Assembly (NCBI RefSeq): GCF_963921235.1
Contig: NC_086102.1
Coordinates: 37,138,001 to 37,202,000, forward strand
Direction of reading: 5' to 3'
DNA: 64,000 bases
Source: Mobula hypostoma
Lineage: Eukaryota
The position numbers and the translations under genes are program-made. The notes under the pieces are model-generated. The model had not been told where the DNA came from, did no database searches, and worked only from the letters and a program-made list of their open reading frames with translations. Below are positions 47,190 through 60,679 of the stretch, piece by piece (the first letter of the stretch is position 1; each line of letters opens with the position of its first letter).

Positions 47190-48880
47190 TTCTCACACCA
47201 AACATCTTTCCCCAGCCATAAGACATGGGAGCAGAATTAGGCAATTTGGCTCATTAAGTCTTATCTGCCATTCAATCATGGCTGATTTATTTTCCATCTC
47301 AGCACATGCCAGCACATCCTTTCTTAGATAACGGATCCAAAAGTGCTCACAGCACTCCAAATGTGAACTGGCCAAATCCTTGCAAAGCTCAGCATTACAT
47401 CTGTTGCTCTTAGTGGCCTCATCATGAGAAGAGAAAGGTCATGAATTAAAGAAGTAAATGTATAAACACACGTACTTGTTGGAATCATGAAAATTCACAA
47501 GGTCCTTAAAAATTCTACAAATGTGTAAAAGATAAGTGAAGTCAAAGATAGGCTCTGTACAGTTAGAGAGGGAGGATTCATAATGGCAAAAAAAGAAATG
47601 TTAGAGCATTACTTTTTTGTCTCTTTAGAAGGATATACAAATAACTTACTAGAAATGTTAGTGAATGATTAACTTGATGAGAAGAAGGAATTAACAAAAA
47701 TGATATAAGTAAAATGAGTTCTGGAAAGATAATGAGTGAAAATCAGCAAATTCCGATCACCTATAATCTGCATCCCAGAAATGAACGAATTAACTATGGG
47801 AATAGTAGATACAATGGTTGTCACCCTCCAAAATTCTAGAAATTAAGCAATGGTTCCTGTAGATTGGAGGGTAACAAATGAAACCCAACTATTTAAAGAG
47901 GAAACGAGAAACTAAAGCACATTAGCCTTTCATCAGATGTAGAGAAATTTCTGAACTCTATTACAAAGGATGTGAGAGTGCAACACTTCAAAAAAAACTG
48001 TAAGCAAAGTCAACATGGATCAACGAATGGATATCACATTTAATAAATAAATTAGCCTTTCTGAGGATGTACTTGTAGAACAGATAATGAGAAACCAGGA
48101 GAACTGGTGTATTTAGATTTTAATAAAATCCCATGAAGTATTTAGTGACTAAAATAACAGTGTATGGGGTTGGGGTTATATTCAAAATTAAAGATTGTTT
48201 ATTGCTATTCTTCAGTACACGAGTGTAGAGGAGAACAAACTGATTGTTACTCTGAACTTGATGCACCTTGAAGAAACACAGTAAGCATAAAACACACAAT
48301 ACATGTAAAGATAAAGCAAAATTCTATAAAACACCGTGTACGTAACTGTATACAGACATGGATTCAGAATTGATAGACACATAAAAATAGAGAGTAGGAA
48401 AAAATGAGATATTTTCTGGGAATCCAGTGTTGACCACTTGGATCAGGACATGAATTCCAGCTTTTCATAACATGGATCAATACTTGTCATAGATGGCATG
48501 GAGTTTCATCAGGCCAGTTCCTGGGATGGCATCAGTGCCTTCTGAAGAGAGATTGAGTTGATTAGGTCTGTATTTGTTAGAGTTAGAAGAAAGAATGAGA
48601 GGTAATTGAACTGTACAAAATCCTGGCAGGTCTCAACACACTAGAACCAGAGGTCACAGTATCAGAAAATGTGGTAAGGGCTGAAATGAGAAGAAATTCT
48701 TTCACACATTGGATGGTGAGCCTTTAGGAATGAGCGATCAATTTACTAAATATGGTTAAGAAGAAGGTAGTCAGATAACTAGGCATTAAAAGCATTAAAG
48801 GGTAAGAGGAATATGGAATCGAGATAGGGGAATAACCACAATCTCGAAAGACCTACTCCTACTCCTATATTTTTATGTTT
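47190..48880. mobile_element. Old CR1 fragments on both strands
   Basis: Degenerate CR1 motifs (gattggagggtaacaaatg, gaagaaattctttcacaca). Confidence 0.6.
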
Positions 48881-51800
48881 CTTTATTGTACTGCTAGAGA
48901 ACACATGAAGTTGAAATCATAATCTCCTTGTATTTTCATGTATTTCACCCTATTAATACTTAATGATCTTGGTGTAATGAATTAAGCTTTATTCAACAAT
49001 GAAGGAATAATCGCAAGTATCAGCAAATTCCCAAATCTCCCAAGCCAAAAGTTCATCACACGAATTACACATGCATGTACAGTGCGGTACAACACAAACT
49101 AAGTGTAAGACCTGATCTTGTATTAAAGGCTGATATGCTATGTTCCTACTCCATGACTGTGATGACATAGGATATGATTTTGCCACTCTGCCCTAGACCA
49201 TGGGTGGAACTGGATTTGTCATTTTAAAGTGTCTTTTTTCTAACCAAACAGTTCAGTGAAAATTATTCAACCAAACTCTGAAGGAATCCAATTGGCTACG
49301 CAGACAGCAGAACAAATCAGGCATAGAACTGGGTCAAATTTAAATGTATACTACTGTTTTCTAATTCAGAGTTCTAAAATGGAATGAGTTTATCTGGTTC
49401 GCTAACTTATTACATGCTATCATTCAGTAAAGACAGAAAAGGTGCTTTGACACTCGAGGCAAGCAATGAGATTAGTTGGCATTTGTCGATGCATAAAATT
49501 ATCAATGAAATAACTTTCAAATGAAGGTCTTTTGTCGGCAATACTGTAATACGGTGGAAGAATGCTTTGATTTATCCAGGTCACCAGGCAAAAGTGATGG
49601 ATTTCTGCAGTATGTCTCACCAGCAGGAAGAAGTTGCCATATTTATCTTAAGGGATGTAAAAAGCAGCCTACGTTAAGCAGTTATTTAAAAAATGACAAG
49701 TTTTGATTTGGAAGATGATGGCACACTTGAAAAAAATGATTTTGAACAGACTTTGGAAAATTCCAGTGGAGTTTCATTGAGGAGAAATCAGTGAAGAGGA
49801 AGCAGCACTATTTTAGTTTCATTAGACCAAGGTCAAGTTCACAGAACTCTTAGGTGAAACAGAAGCTGAGGGAAAATAGCCAGCTTTGAATCATTGTGAA
49901 AGGCAACAAGGTTGACCTGATGTTATAAAGCAGAAAGCTGGAAGCACTTAGCAGGTCAGGCTGTGCCCGTGGAAAAGAGAAAAAGAGTTACAATTTTGGG
50001 TCAAAGACCTTTCATCAGAACTCAGACCTAACACACTGATGTTATAAGATATTATTAATCATGATTAAAATGCTTCATTAATATACTGAGGTTTATTAGT
50101 CTAATGATGTGATTTTGAAGCGCACCATGGCAGCAGGAGTGGCATGCAGTAAATGCTTGCTTTATCAGTCGTGTTCATATCTTCTTGGTGAATAAAATAC
50201 GGGAATGTATAATTAATTATTTAAATGTAATTCCTCACTATTTAACATCCTTCTTTAGGAAGAGTCGGCATTTAGTTCAAACTAATCTAATAGACTTAGG
50301 TGAATAAGAAATAGGCTTAATTGAATAGGAAAACTGTACAGAATATTTTTGAAGCTGCTACTTCAAGGTTAACACTGAATTTAAAGTAATTATAGCAAAA
50401 CTGCACCACCTCACTATATTTATGAATGTAGTGATTATAACATGCTTAGCAAAAGGTCTGATTAACAGGATATTGGGTACAAACTGCAAAAGAATCTATT
50501 TTATATTTAATATCCAATGCATATAATATTTTGAAGTGTGTGTATATGCATTACCAGCAGATTCCCTTACCATCCCCACTAACCAACCAGAAGATACATT
50601 TATTTGTAACAAAGGAACATTTATACTTTCTGAAACTATAATTTGCATAACTAATTAAATAAATTCCATGTTTGAATTATATTCTGGGATGAATACCAAA
50701 TATTTTGGATTGGTCCATGATTACATTCACTATAAATGTGTTGCTATTTTATATCCATTTCTTTATGATATATACTTGGATTTCAATTCCTTATCCCCTT
50801 TTACTATTAAAATACTTTGTAAGATGGTAGACAAGAGAGAGTAGCGGAGTTTAATATCTATTATTTTTATTTAGTGATTCTAAGATAGGATAACTGCTGT
50901 GGAATTTGGAAATAAACACTTCAAAACATTTCAAGTTCTCCTAAAAATAATTTTGAATCAAGCAGCAAGTAACTAAATTTGTATTAAGAGTCCAAAAGAG
51001 CCTCTTTGCCTTTATCAATTTAAATCTGACTGATGCATGAAGTTTGGAACATGGCATGTTGTTACATTTCACATTATAACTTCAGCTGACAGGCACAGCT
51101 CTAGACAAAAATATGATGATAATAACCAGGCTTTTGAGGAAATCAGAGGGACATTGATTTTTAATGATAATCATTAGAGGATATTATGATGAATAAATTT
51201 GAAAAATAATACATAAAAATAACATTTTAAAACTTCCTGTTGATTAATATTTCAGTTATTTAATGATAGTGTCATTTGAAAAAATATTTTGTTGCTGAAT
51301 GTTTATAAATAATATAAAATTGCAGAATTGATAGCAATGAATATTTGGTTGTAAATGTTCATGTTCTGTTCTCCTGTCTAATTGTTTAACGATTCCTCAC
51401 AACGAAAGAAGAAATGGGATTTTTCTACCATAGACATGAGATGACACAATTCATTTTTAAATATTGACAAAGAATGTAGTGCAACATGTATCCCTAAAAT
51501 TAGTTTATAATTAATGTTTAATTTATGTTTTCTTGTCAATATTGTGTATGTGCCTGTGATGCTGCTGTAAGTAAGATTTTCATTGCACCTGTGCAGACAT
51601 GTACTTAAGCATATAACAATCAACTTGACTTTGTCTTCAAATGCAGTTCACCTGAACCAAGTATTATTAGTCAAGCACTAGTTAGGACTATTTATCTGGC
51701 TGAAGAAATTTCTTTGCCCAAAATGAAGAAAATGAAGAAAATTCAAAATAAAAACATTATATTTTTAAAACTAAATTCATCTATCAGGTTTTATAAAACG

Positions 51801-52769
51801 TCTGTTAATAATATTCCTGAAGATTGTGCTGATTAATCATATCAGAGATATTAATACTAATGTGACATGTTACATAATTTCTATAACTATATATTTCCAA
51901 CATTTCTTTGTTAGAGAAACAAGCCTCAACTAAATTCATATCAAGCTCTGATTTACTGCTTAACATAATATTTGAGCACAACTTGGTTTAATACCTTACA
52001 TATGCTTTAACCCATAAGAAAAGTGCACCATTAAAAGAAACAACATTGATGTGGGAAGGAGCTGAAAGAGAATAAATAAAAGTCAAAAATTCTCTCTGTC
52101 TTACCAAATACGAGTAAAAAGTAATCACAATCCTTATAGAATTCTATTCAGAATGGAAAGCATCTGGAAACTGCAGCCACTGTTATTTCTACCTCTGGAT
52201 CTGTTTACCAGTTAGAATCATTCCCTGGATAGGTTTCATTGTGTGCTACTCCCGAATTGCAATTAGCTCTCAATAGTGAGAGTTTAGTATATACAGTAAC
52301 GACATACTATATGTTTGTAAAGGATAATGAAATAAAGTACTTACATGAATTGAGGACAAATATGTTTGTCTGCTGCTGAATGAGAGAGTAACTGTAGCTA
52401 GTGTCAGCACCTCCTTTTTTGGAAGAACACGATTACACCCGATATGCATCCTCTGTTTCGGGGAATTTCTACCCACTGCAATAATTTGAATTAAAGTTTA
52501 ATTTGACACTAAAATGAATACTAAATTTTGTTGTACATAATGACATTGTGTGTGGCGCTGGGGAAAAGGCTCAGTTTTTAAATACAAAGGGTACATTGGT
52601 CTGATCTGATTCCCCAGATTTTTCATTTGTAGCTATTTCAAAGTCTTTTGCAATAATATTATACTCAATTCACAAGTGTTTGCATGCTGTTTTTAGAGGA
52701 AAAACATTCTGCCTAAACCTAAATACTTCCTCACTCATTTCTGTGAAGATTCATCCTTTGGTTTGGGTG

Positions 52770-53752
52770 TACCGTCACCTCCAACGGGATCCCACCACTA
52801 AGCACATCTTTCCCTCCCCCCCTCTCTCTGCTTTCCGCAGGGATTGCTCCCTTCGCGACTCCCTTGTCCATTTGTCCCCCCCCATCCCTCCCCACTGATC
52901 TCCCTCCTGGCACTTATCCGTGTAAGCGGAACAAGTGCTACACATGCCCTTACACTTCCTCCCTTACCTCCATTCAGGGCCCCAGACAGTCCTTCCAGGT
53001 GAGGCGACACTTCACCTGTGAGTCGGCTGGGGTGATATACTGTGTCCGGTGTTCCCGATGTGGCCTTCTATATATTGGCGAGACCCGACGCAGACTGGGA
53101 AACCGCTTTGCTGAACACCTACGCTCTGTCCGCCAGAGAAAGCAGGATCTCCCAGTGGCCACACATTTTAATTCCACATCCTATTCCCATTCTGACACGT
53201 CTATCCACGGCCTCCTCTACTGTAAAGATGAAGTCACACTCAGGTTGGAGGAACAACACCTTATATTCCGTCTGGGTAGCCTCCAACCTGATGGCATGAA
53301 CATTGACTTCCCTAACTTCCACTAATGCCCCACCTCCCCCTCGTACCCCATCCGTTATTTATTTTTATACACACATTCTTTCTCACACTCTCCTTTTTCT
53401 CCCTCTGTCCCTCTGACTATACCCCTTGCCCATCCTCTGAGTTCCCCCCCCTTGTCTTTCTCCCCGGACCTCCTGTCCCATGATCCTCTCATATCCCCTT
53501 TGCCAATCACCTGTCCAGCTCTTGGCTCCATCCCTCCCCCTCCTGTCTTCTCCTATCATTTTGGATCTCCCCCTCCCCCTCCAGCTTTCAAATCTCTTAC
53601 TAACTCTTCCTTCAGTTAGTCCTGACGAAGGGTCTCGGCTTGAAACGTCGACTGTACCTCTTTTCTAGAGATGCTGCCTGGCCTGCTGCGTTCACCAGCA
53701 ACTTTGATGTGTGTTGCTGGAATTTCCAGCATCTGCAGAATTCCTGTTGTTT
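52770..53752 (+). mobile_element. 5'-truncated Penelope-like copy with intact GIY-YIG frame
   Basis: Nearly identical by eye to 13790-14773. ORF 52864-53325 encodes CKRNKCYTC...LYIGETRRRLG...MNIDFPNFH. Confidence 0.93.
53618..53653 (+). ncRNA. Minimal hammerhead ribozyme motif, core intact
   Basis: AGTC-CTGACGA-AGGGTCTCGGCTT-GAAAC-GTC-GACT; all core nucleotides are present, with a GUC cleavage triplet, palindromic ACGT helix III and AGTC/GACT helix I. Confidence 0.7.
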
Positions 53753-55299
53753 GTAGAATTCCTTGAGTTAATTCAGAAATTACTGGACTCAACTCCACAA
53801 GCTTTAGCTTCCTGAGCCACTCATTGTCCAGCTTTCATTTGTAAAGAGTTAATTTTTAATCTATAATGATATTTCTTCACAATTAGTCTATGAAGAGTTC
53901 ATAATGCTTTTCATACTGTCTCCCTCTGATCACTGGTGAAAATCATCATTGGATCTTTCCTCCTGATATACACCATTTGTATCTCTCAAACCTTTTACAC
54001 ATTCTGTTATCTTATCCATGCAAAAATTTGTGGATATTTTACCCACAATTAAGATCTATTTAACTTTCTAAATGATGCAAAATTGTTTGATTTTCCAATG
54101 TGCATGTTCTCAGCGTGGACTCTTTTTCTAAAAACATATATGTGAAGTTGGTTTCCTCTATTGGCTTCTTCATAACAGATGTCTGTGTTTAGAACTTAAT
54201 CACATACATCGTAACTGGAAATGGATATGATCTTCAAAAATTATCATTCAATGCTTTCACTTATCTTAAGCATTTATACTTCCTCCTGTTTATAACAGCC
54301 ACGTTGGGGCTAACACAATTTGCTGGTGTGACCTGCTGCTGGCAAAATGGGACCAATAGAAGATTTGTTATTGAGTATTCTTCCTCTTCCAATTCATCTA
54401 TCTTATTTTCATATTTACTCCACCTGCATCCTTTGGATTATTAAGTGCTTTCTTCAGAACACACAGATACCATGCAAGTAAAAGGAGTAATGTTGAAGAG
54501 AAAGATAGATGGAATGTGAGTAGATACTTGTCGTGGACATGAGATGAGATTGCAACAGAAATGGATATCCTTGACATTGCATTTATCTTGATCCTCTGCA
54601 TCTTAGATTTCCAGCGCTCTTACATCCTTATGGAAAACCAGCACAAACCTACTCCGTCTGATTCACCAACTTCCTGGCAGTCCTACCTTTGACATCCCCT
54701 CTGCATCACAGCCATTGACTGACGTTGATTGGGTCTGGGTTGATCAGCACACGAATGGCCTGTGCACTGAACATCAGAGAGCACATTTAGTCCACGGTCA
54801 GGCTTGGTAGTGAGTCCAAGTTGCACACAGTGTCAGACTAGAATGTTGCCTACTGTACCAGAATCCAGCAGAGCCTCCTATGCATGTACACTGGAAAGTG
54901 GAGGACAGAGAGAGTAAATTGGGCTATGGTGCTGTGACAAGGGGCTTGGAAGAGCTTACTAGATGGAAGACCCCTCATCTCTATCTGGTGGCGCTGTTGT
55001 CCCGGATGCAGGGAGCATTTGATGAGTGGGTGATTGGTAGGGCTCTGCAGTTAAGCGCAGAAGTTGTTTCTCCACCAATGCTTACGTCCCAGGCGGGGGT
55101 GGGGGGGGTCTGGTGTGCGCAAGGGTCAAGGAAGCTCTCCCTAACTGCATGGGCGCTGAAGGTGTTGCTGATGAGGGGTTCTAGCAGTGGTCTGGAGTGT
55201 CAGCACGGAGAGCCAGAGTGATGAGACTTTCAACGAAGGTGGTCACCTCTCGGGTAGACAGCTCATCTTTCGAACACTCCCCGAGGCTGTGATGTAACG

Positions 55300-55720
55300 G
55301 GCCAGCAACAGTTACGCAGTCAGCTGGAGAGCCCTGAATTCCACAGTGCAATCCAACACAGAGCGTGAGCCTTGATACTGTGAAGCATCCGATTCACTGC
55401 CTCCCTTCCACTTCTCAGATCATTGAAAATTTGGTGCACCTCAGCGGTGAATTCCACATGCTTATTGCAGATGGAGGTTCTGTTGTCCCAGTCAGTGACA
55501 GCCCAGGCCAGAGCTCGCCCAGTCAAGAGAGACATGACAAAGGCAATCTTGTCTCAGTCTATAGAATACAGAGATGGCTGTAGTTCAGACGGTAAGATGC
55601 ACTGGGGCAGGAAGTTACGGCAGGAAGTTCCATTGAAGCATTTGCCCTCCAGAATCCGGGATCCTGAGGGAAGAGGCTGACTGGCACAGGGTTGCTGTAA
55701 CAAGATGGTGAGTTGGTTGG
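55300..55720 (-). mobile_element. Ty3/Gypsy (Sushi-like) gag fragment
   Basis: SLLTGRALAWA...FTAEVHQIFND...GREAVNRML matches the retrotransposon gag pattern. Confidence 0.7.
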
Positions 55721-56149
55721 GAGTGGTGAACAGATATGCAATGGTTTTCTGCTGCTTCTGAAACCGAGGCTATGGGCCTGCCCCGGCTGCTCTGCGATTC
55801 AGTCTATGGACTCAACTTGGTTTACAATGCTGTCACTTGCTTTTATTGTTTGCATGATTTGTACTTTCCCCTCTTTCTCTGCACATTGTGTGTTGGTCTT
55901 TTTTTCTTGGGTTCTTTCAGGTTTCCTGCCTTACTATCTCATGGTTGTACAATTTATACATATTTTGATAATTAATGTGCTTTGAACGTTGATGTACTTG
56001 TGTCAGTGGACAATTTCCTTTAGGCAAGAAAACTTTGCTGGATCAATTGCTGCTTCACCCATCTTGTCAAGAAGTGTAGAGGAAGCTTGACCCAATGCAA
56101 AGTAGTGGAGACAATTTAGCAGTGAGTGATCCTATTAATAATAAACATC

Positions 56150-56369
56150 GAAATAACAAACCGGAGGAAGAGGGGAAGCACACAACAAGAGAGAATGGAT
56201 ACTTAACACAAAAAAATCAACAAGTGGCTGGCTGGTTCAATGGGTGAATAAGGACTGTGGATGAGAGTTGGGTTTAAATAGGCTGCAGGTGATGGGTTGG
56301 ACATGAGTGGTAGGTGACTCCTCTTAGCTGGGTGGAGACTGGGAGGTGTCTGCCTGTGCAGGCCTGACA
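56150..56369 (-). mobile_element. Gypsy LTR fragment
   Basis: The minus strand starts TGTCAGG, with cacctg motifs and a TATTTAAA box, upstream of the gag fragment. Confidence 0.55.
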
Positions 56370-57949
56370 AAACCGTTCAACACTTTAAAAATGATGTTCA
56401 GGAACACCTGTTTAAGAATGTTTTCAGACTCTTTGCTGTGGGTACTTGCAAAAACTGACAACAGAGTTATCAGTGTAATATTACTTATTGAAGCCAGTTA
56501 ACTTTTGTCAAATACCCGTGTCTAATACAACAATACATTAGAAGTCCTACCACATTTCTTTTCTGGCACAAGAAAAACATAGAAACCGTTGACTATCCTC
56601 ACACAAAATGATACTGTGAACTATCAAATGGAATAACTGGGAGGATGAGATGACTCATTAATGTTCCAGAATTTTCTCTAGCAAGATGCTCCCAGATATA
56701 AATTCAGTATGTCTGGAGTGTCTTGCTAGAGAAAAATCTAGAATGCAACAAAAAAATGGTAAGGATGTAGTCAAGAAAGAGACTGGGAAAAATATTGCCA
56801 AATTATTTTGGGAAAGGACAGAACACACAGGCTAAAGAATGCATTAATAAATCTGGGCTGGGTCAGAAATGAAATTAAGACAAATACAAAACATGAAAAA
56901 TTGTACAGAAATTTCTATATTGTCTAATAATATTATCAAGACAACTATAAAGGTACTCTAGAGGGAGGCATTCAGAATAAAGCAGAAGTAGTAGCATATA
57001 TGGATGTTGTTGGGTGCAATTTAATTGCCATTATGGAAAGTAGTTACACTGTAACCAAGTCTAAAAAAAGGCCAAAAACCTTAGGTCCATCTGGCACAAT
57101 TCCGAGGAGGAGGATGAAGGAAAGAAAAGTGATAGCCATAACTATCATCAGATGTCAACCTCTGGCTGGGATAATAATGCAAGATTCACATTGAACTTCA
57201 CTAGCCAACCCCTGTCACAAGCAATAGCTTTTCCACATTACCCAATGGCTCTATTTTGGGTGATGCAAGATCTCAACCCTAAACGTCCATGATCCTTGTT
57301 CTCCTCCAGTTACTGCTTGACCTGAGTTTATTATTTGCCTCGATTCTAGCATCTGCTGTCATTCTGCAGTCTTCACTGGTTCTGCTATCAATGATACCAC
57401 GGTTACCGTCAGTTCATGATACTCATACACCATGCAAGCACTTAGAAGTCCATATGTTTCCCATTCTGCCTGATGGTAGACCGCACCATTGGATGGTTGA
57501 TTGGTGGCCTGTACCTGATGCTTCATGGTAGTATATTTCTGCTTAAGCATTCGTGGGGGAAGAAGTGTTGCTCCTGTGTGGAGGCTTGCCTGCAGGCAAC
57601 ACTTAGAAGTCCAAACAATACATGATAGTTTGCAGAAAGAAAAGTTCATGACAGTGGTAGAGTGCTCTCTCAAAAGAAGAAGAGTATTTAGGGTCAGAAA
57701 CTGAATAAAATAATTTGATAAACTCTACAAGGCAGGGAAACGTTATCTCAACCTACGTACAAATTAATGTTAAGAGAACCCAGCTAAGACATTCTCTTTT
57801 GTTTAAGAGAAAACAAAAGATGAAATGGAACAAGAACACAGGATAAACTTCCTTTCAAGATTTTCATATTTGACCTGGTTTCAGCTACCTATAACATAAT
57901 TAAGGTCAGGGGAAAAAAAATAAATGCTGCAATATTTCTTGTTATCACT

Positions 57950-58890
57950 AACTCTAGACCTAACGCTGATAACAATTGGAACACTGCTGCTGTAAACACT
58001 TCCCCACCATAGGGCAGAGGCTGTGTGAGACTGAGATTGTGCAACAAGTCGCAAACCAGGCACAGCAAGGGAGATGAGGCTGAGTACAGGGCTACTGTAG
58101 GAAACTTTGTCACATGGTGTGAGCAGAATTATCTGCAGCTTAATGTGAAAATGACTAAGGAGTTGGTGGTAGACCTGAGGAGAGCTAAGGTACCTGTGAC
58201 CCCTGTTTCCATCCAGGGGGTCAGTGTGGACATGGTGGAGGATTACAAATACTTGGGGATATGAATTGACAATAAACTGGACTGGTCAAAGAACACTGAG
58301 GCTGTCTACAAGAAGAGTCAGAGCCATCTCTACTTCCTGAAGAGACTGAGGTCCTGCCGGACGATGCTGAGGATGTTCTACGAGTCTGTGGTGGCCAGTG
58401 CTATCATGTTTGCTGTTGTGCGCTGGGGCAGCAGGCTGAGGGTAGCAGGCACCAACAGAATCAACAAACTTATTCGTAAGGCCAGTGATGTTGTGGGGAT
58501 GGAACTGGACTCTCTGACGGTGGTGTCTGAAAAGAGGATGCTGTCCAAGTTGCATGCCATCTTGGACAATGTCTCCCATCCACTACATAATGTACTGGTT
58601 GGGCACAGGAGTACATTCAGCCAGAGACTCATCCCACCGAGATGCAACACAGAGCGTCATAGGAAGCCATTCCTGCCTGTGGCCATCAAACTTTACAACC
58701 CCTCCCTTGGAGGGTCAGACACCCTGAGCCAATAGGCTGGTCCTGGACTTATTTCATAATTTACTGGCATAATTTACATATTACTATTTAACTATTTATG
58801 GTTCTATTACTATTTATTATTTATGGTGCAACTGTAACGAAAACCAATTTCCCCCTGGGATCAATAAAGTACGACTATGACTATGACTAT
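57950..58890 (+). mobile_element. Rex1/Babar LINE 3' portion
   Basis: LQLNVKMTKELVVD, YKYLG and MLRMFYESVVASAIMFAVVRWG peptides; terminal ggatcaataaagt plus (actatg)n tail. Confidence 0.88.
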
Positions 58891-58899
58891 GTTGACAGT

Positions 58900-59540
58900 C
58901 GGGCAACACATACAAATTGCTGGAGGGAATCAACAAGTCAGGCAGCATCCACGAAGGGGAGTAACCAATTGCTGTTTTGGACCTGACCATCTTTTCCCTC
59001 CATAGCTGATGCCTGGCTCGCTGAGATCCTCCAGTCTTCTACATGTCCTGCTCAAGATTTCCAGCACCTACAGAGTCACTTGTGTTTATACATTTCGATA
59101 CTCATCCTATCAAGTACTGAAGGACCCTTCTGAAGCAGCTGCATCATACTTTCATTTGTAGTTGTAGTCATTACTGTAGACATACTGGCCATGCATGCAT
59201 GGTTGCACAGCGCTCTTATTTGCATATAACCTTGGTCATCTACTCACCAGCTAGTGGCCTGGCATGGTGCAGAGGATTATCTCAATACGGATATATGACA
59301 CACAAAATGCTGCATAAACCCAGTGGGTCAGGCAGCATCTATGGTATGAAAGAACAGTTGTTGTTTTGGGCTGAATCACTTCTTCAGGACTGGAAAGGAA
59401 GGGGGAAGATGCCAGAATAAAAACGTTGGTGGAGGGGAAAGAAGGCTACCTATTTGTCAGCTGTTCATTTCACAGTTGCTGCCTGACCTGCTGAGTTCCT
59501 CCAGCATTTTGTGCCTGTTGCTTCGGATTTCCAGCATTCA
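58900..59540. repeat. Two degenerate inverted pairs of PLE-type termini
   Basis: Each pair has a ...caggcagcatc... arm facing a ...gatgc/gctgcctg... arm (58900-59090 and 59295-59540). Confidence 0.6.
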
Positions 59541-59789
59541 ATCCCTCCTCATTGACTAACCCAACACTCCTCTCATCTTGGGTTCCCCCAGCTCTGCAGT
59601 CACGACCCTCACTTGGCCTGGTCATCCAGTTCACTGCTGAATTGGGGACCTGTTTGCCTGTAACCTCAGTTGACTTCACCCCATAAATCTGTGGAGATAA
59701 AGAAAAATATCTGGAGGCCTATCCAACCTAAACTGCCTGTGCTAGTTTCTGTATGCACTATTTGAGGCAAGAACTGAAAAAGGCCCAGG

Positions 59790-60560
59790 GTTGCTAGTCC
59801 ATGCCTTCAAGCTACACCCAAAAAATTGTAATAATAATCTGCGAGCTGCTAGCCTGGGGAAGTGCACAGAGACACAGACACAGCAGAGAAGTCAGTCAAA
59901 CTCTCGGAGAGAAAAGAAGACTTTTGTAGTCCAAATAAATACGGGAGGAGAAGATAGCGGCACGACGCAGCGCACTCAGCCTCTCCGGTAAAATGATATC
60001 GTATTTGTTAAATAGGGTACCGTGCACAATTCTGATTTGATGGAGACAGCCGTGAGAAGCACAGAGGAACATCCGGAGAAACTTCTGAAATGCCTGGTTC
60101 GCTACTGTGTGATTGAGAATCTTCAGAGGGAATGCCCCAAATCCTCGGCTTTGCCTGCTGCTGGCAGCCGGGGTTAGGGTCGAAGTGCTCGGCAGAGATG
60201 GTGCTTGGTGCTCGGTGTCGGAGGCTCGAAGTTTTCGGACGACTCAGAGTCGGACTGTGGTCGAGCATGGCAGGGAGAGTTTTCTTCATTCTCCCGTCTG
60301 CATGAGATGTGGGACTTTCGAGAGACTTTGAACTTTTTTTACCGTGCCCATGGCCTGTTCTTCATCAAGTGAAGGTATTGTTGCACTGTTGTAACTGTAT
60401 GTTATAATTATGTGGTTTTTGTCAGTTTTTCAGTCTTGGTCTGTCCTGTGTTTCTGTGATATCACACCGGAGGAATATTGTATCATTTCTTAATGCATGC
60501 ATTACTTAATGACAATAGAAGAGGACTGCGTGTCCTCATAATCTAATCTAATCTAATCTA
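59790..60560 (+). mobile_element. Unclassified non-autonomous retroelement with (CTAAT)n tail
   Basis: GC-rich 5' part, LINE-like 3' end (aatgacaat...) and an atctaatctaatctaatcta tail. Confidence 0.5.
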
Positions 60561-60679
60561 AATACAATAATAAACAAAGAAACAGGAAAATGGAGCAAAT
60601 CCTGCAGTTCCTACATCTAGTTACCTAATAAAGCCTGCCTGAGACATCTGATTTCTCTAAATGAGGGGACTTTGAGAGA

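Noticed and set aside
54398-54601. Minus-strand ORF with a TM-like stretch (LLLLLAWYLCVLKK)
   Set aside because: No convincing acceptor in a compatible phase, an upstream in-frame stop, and no partner exons.
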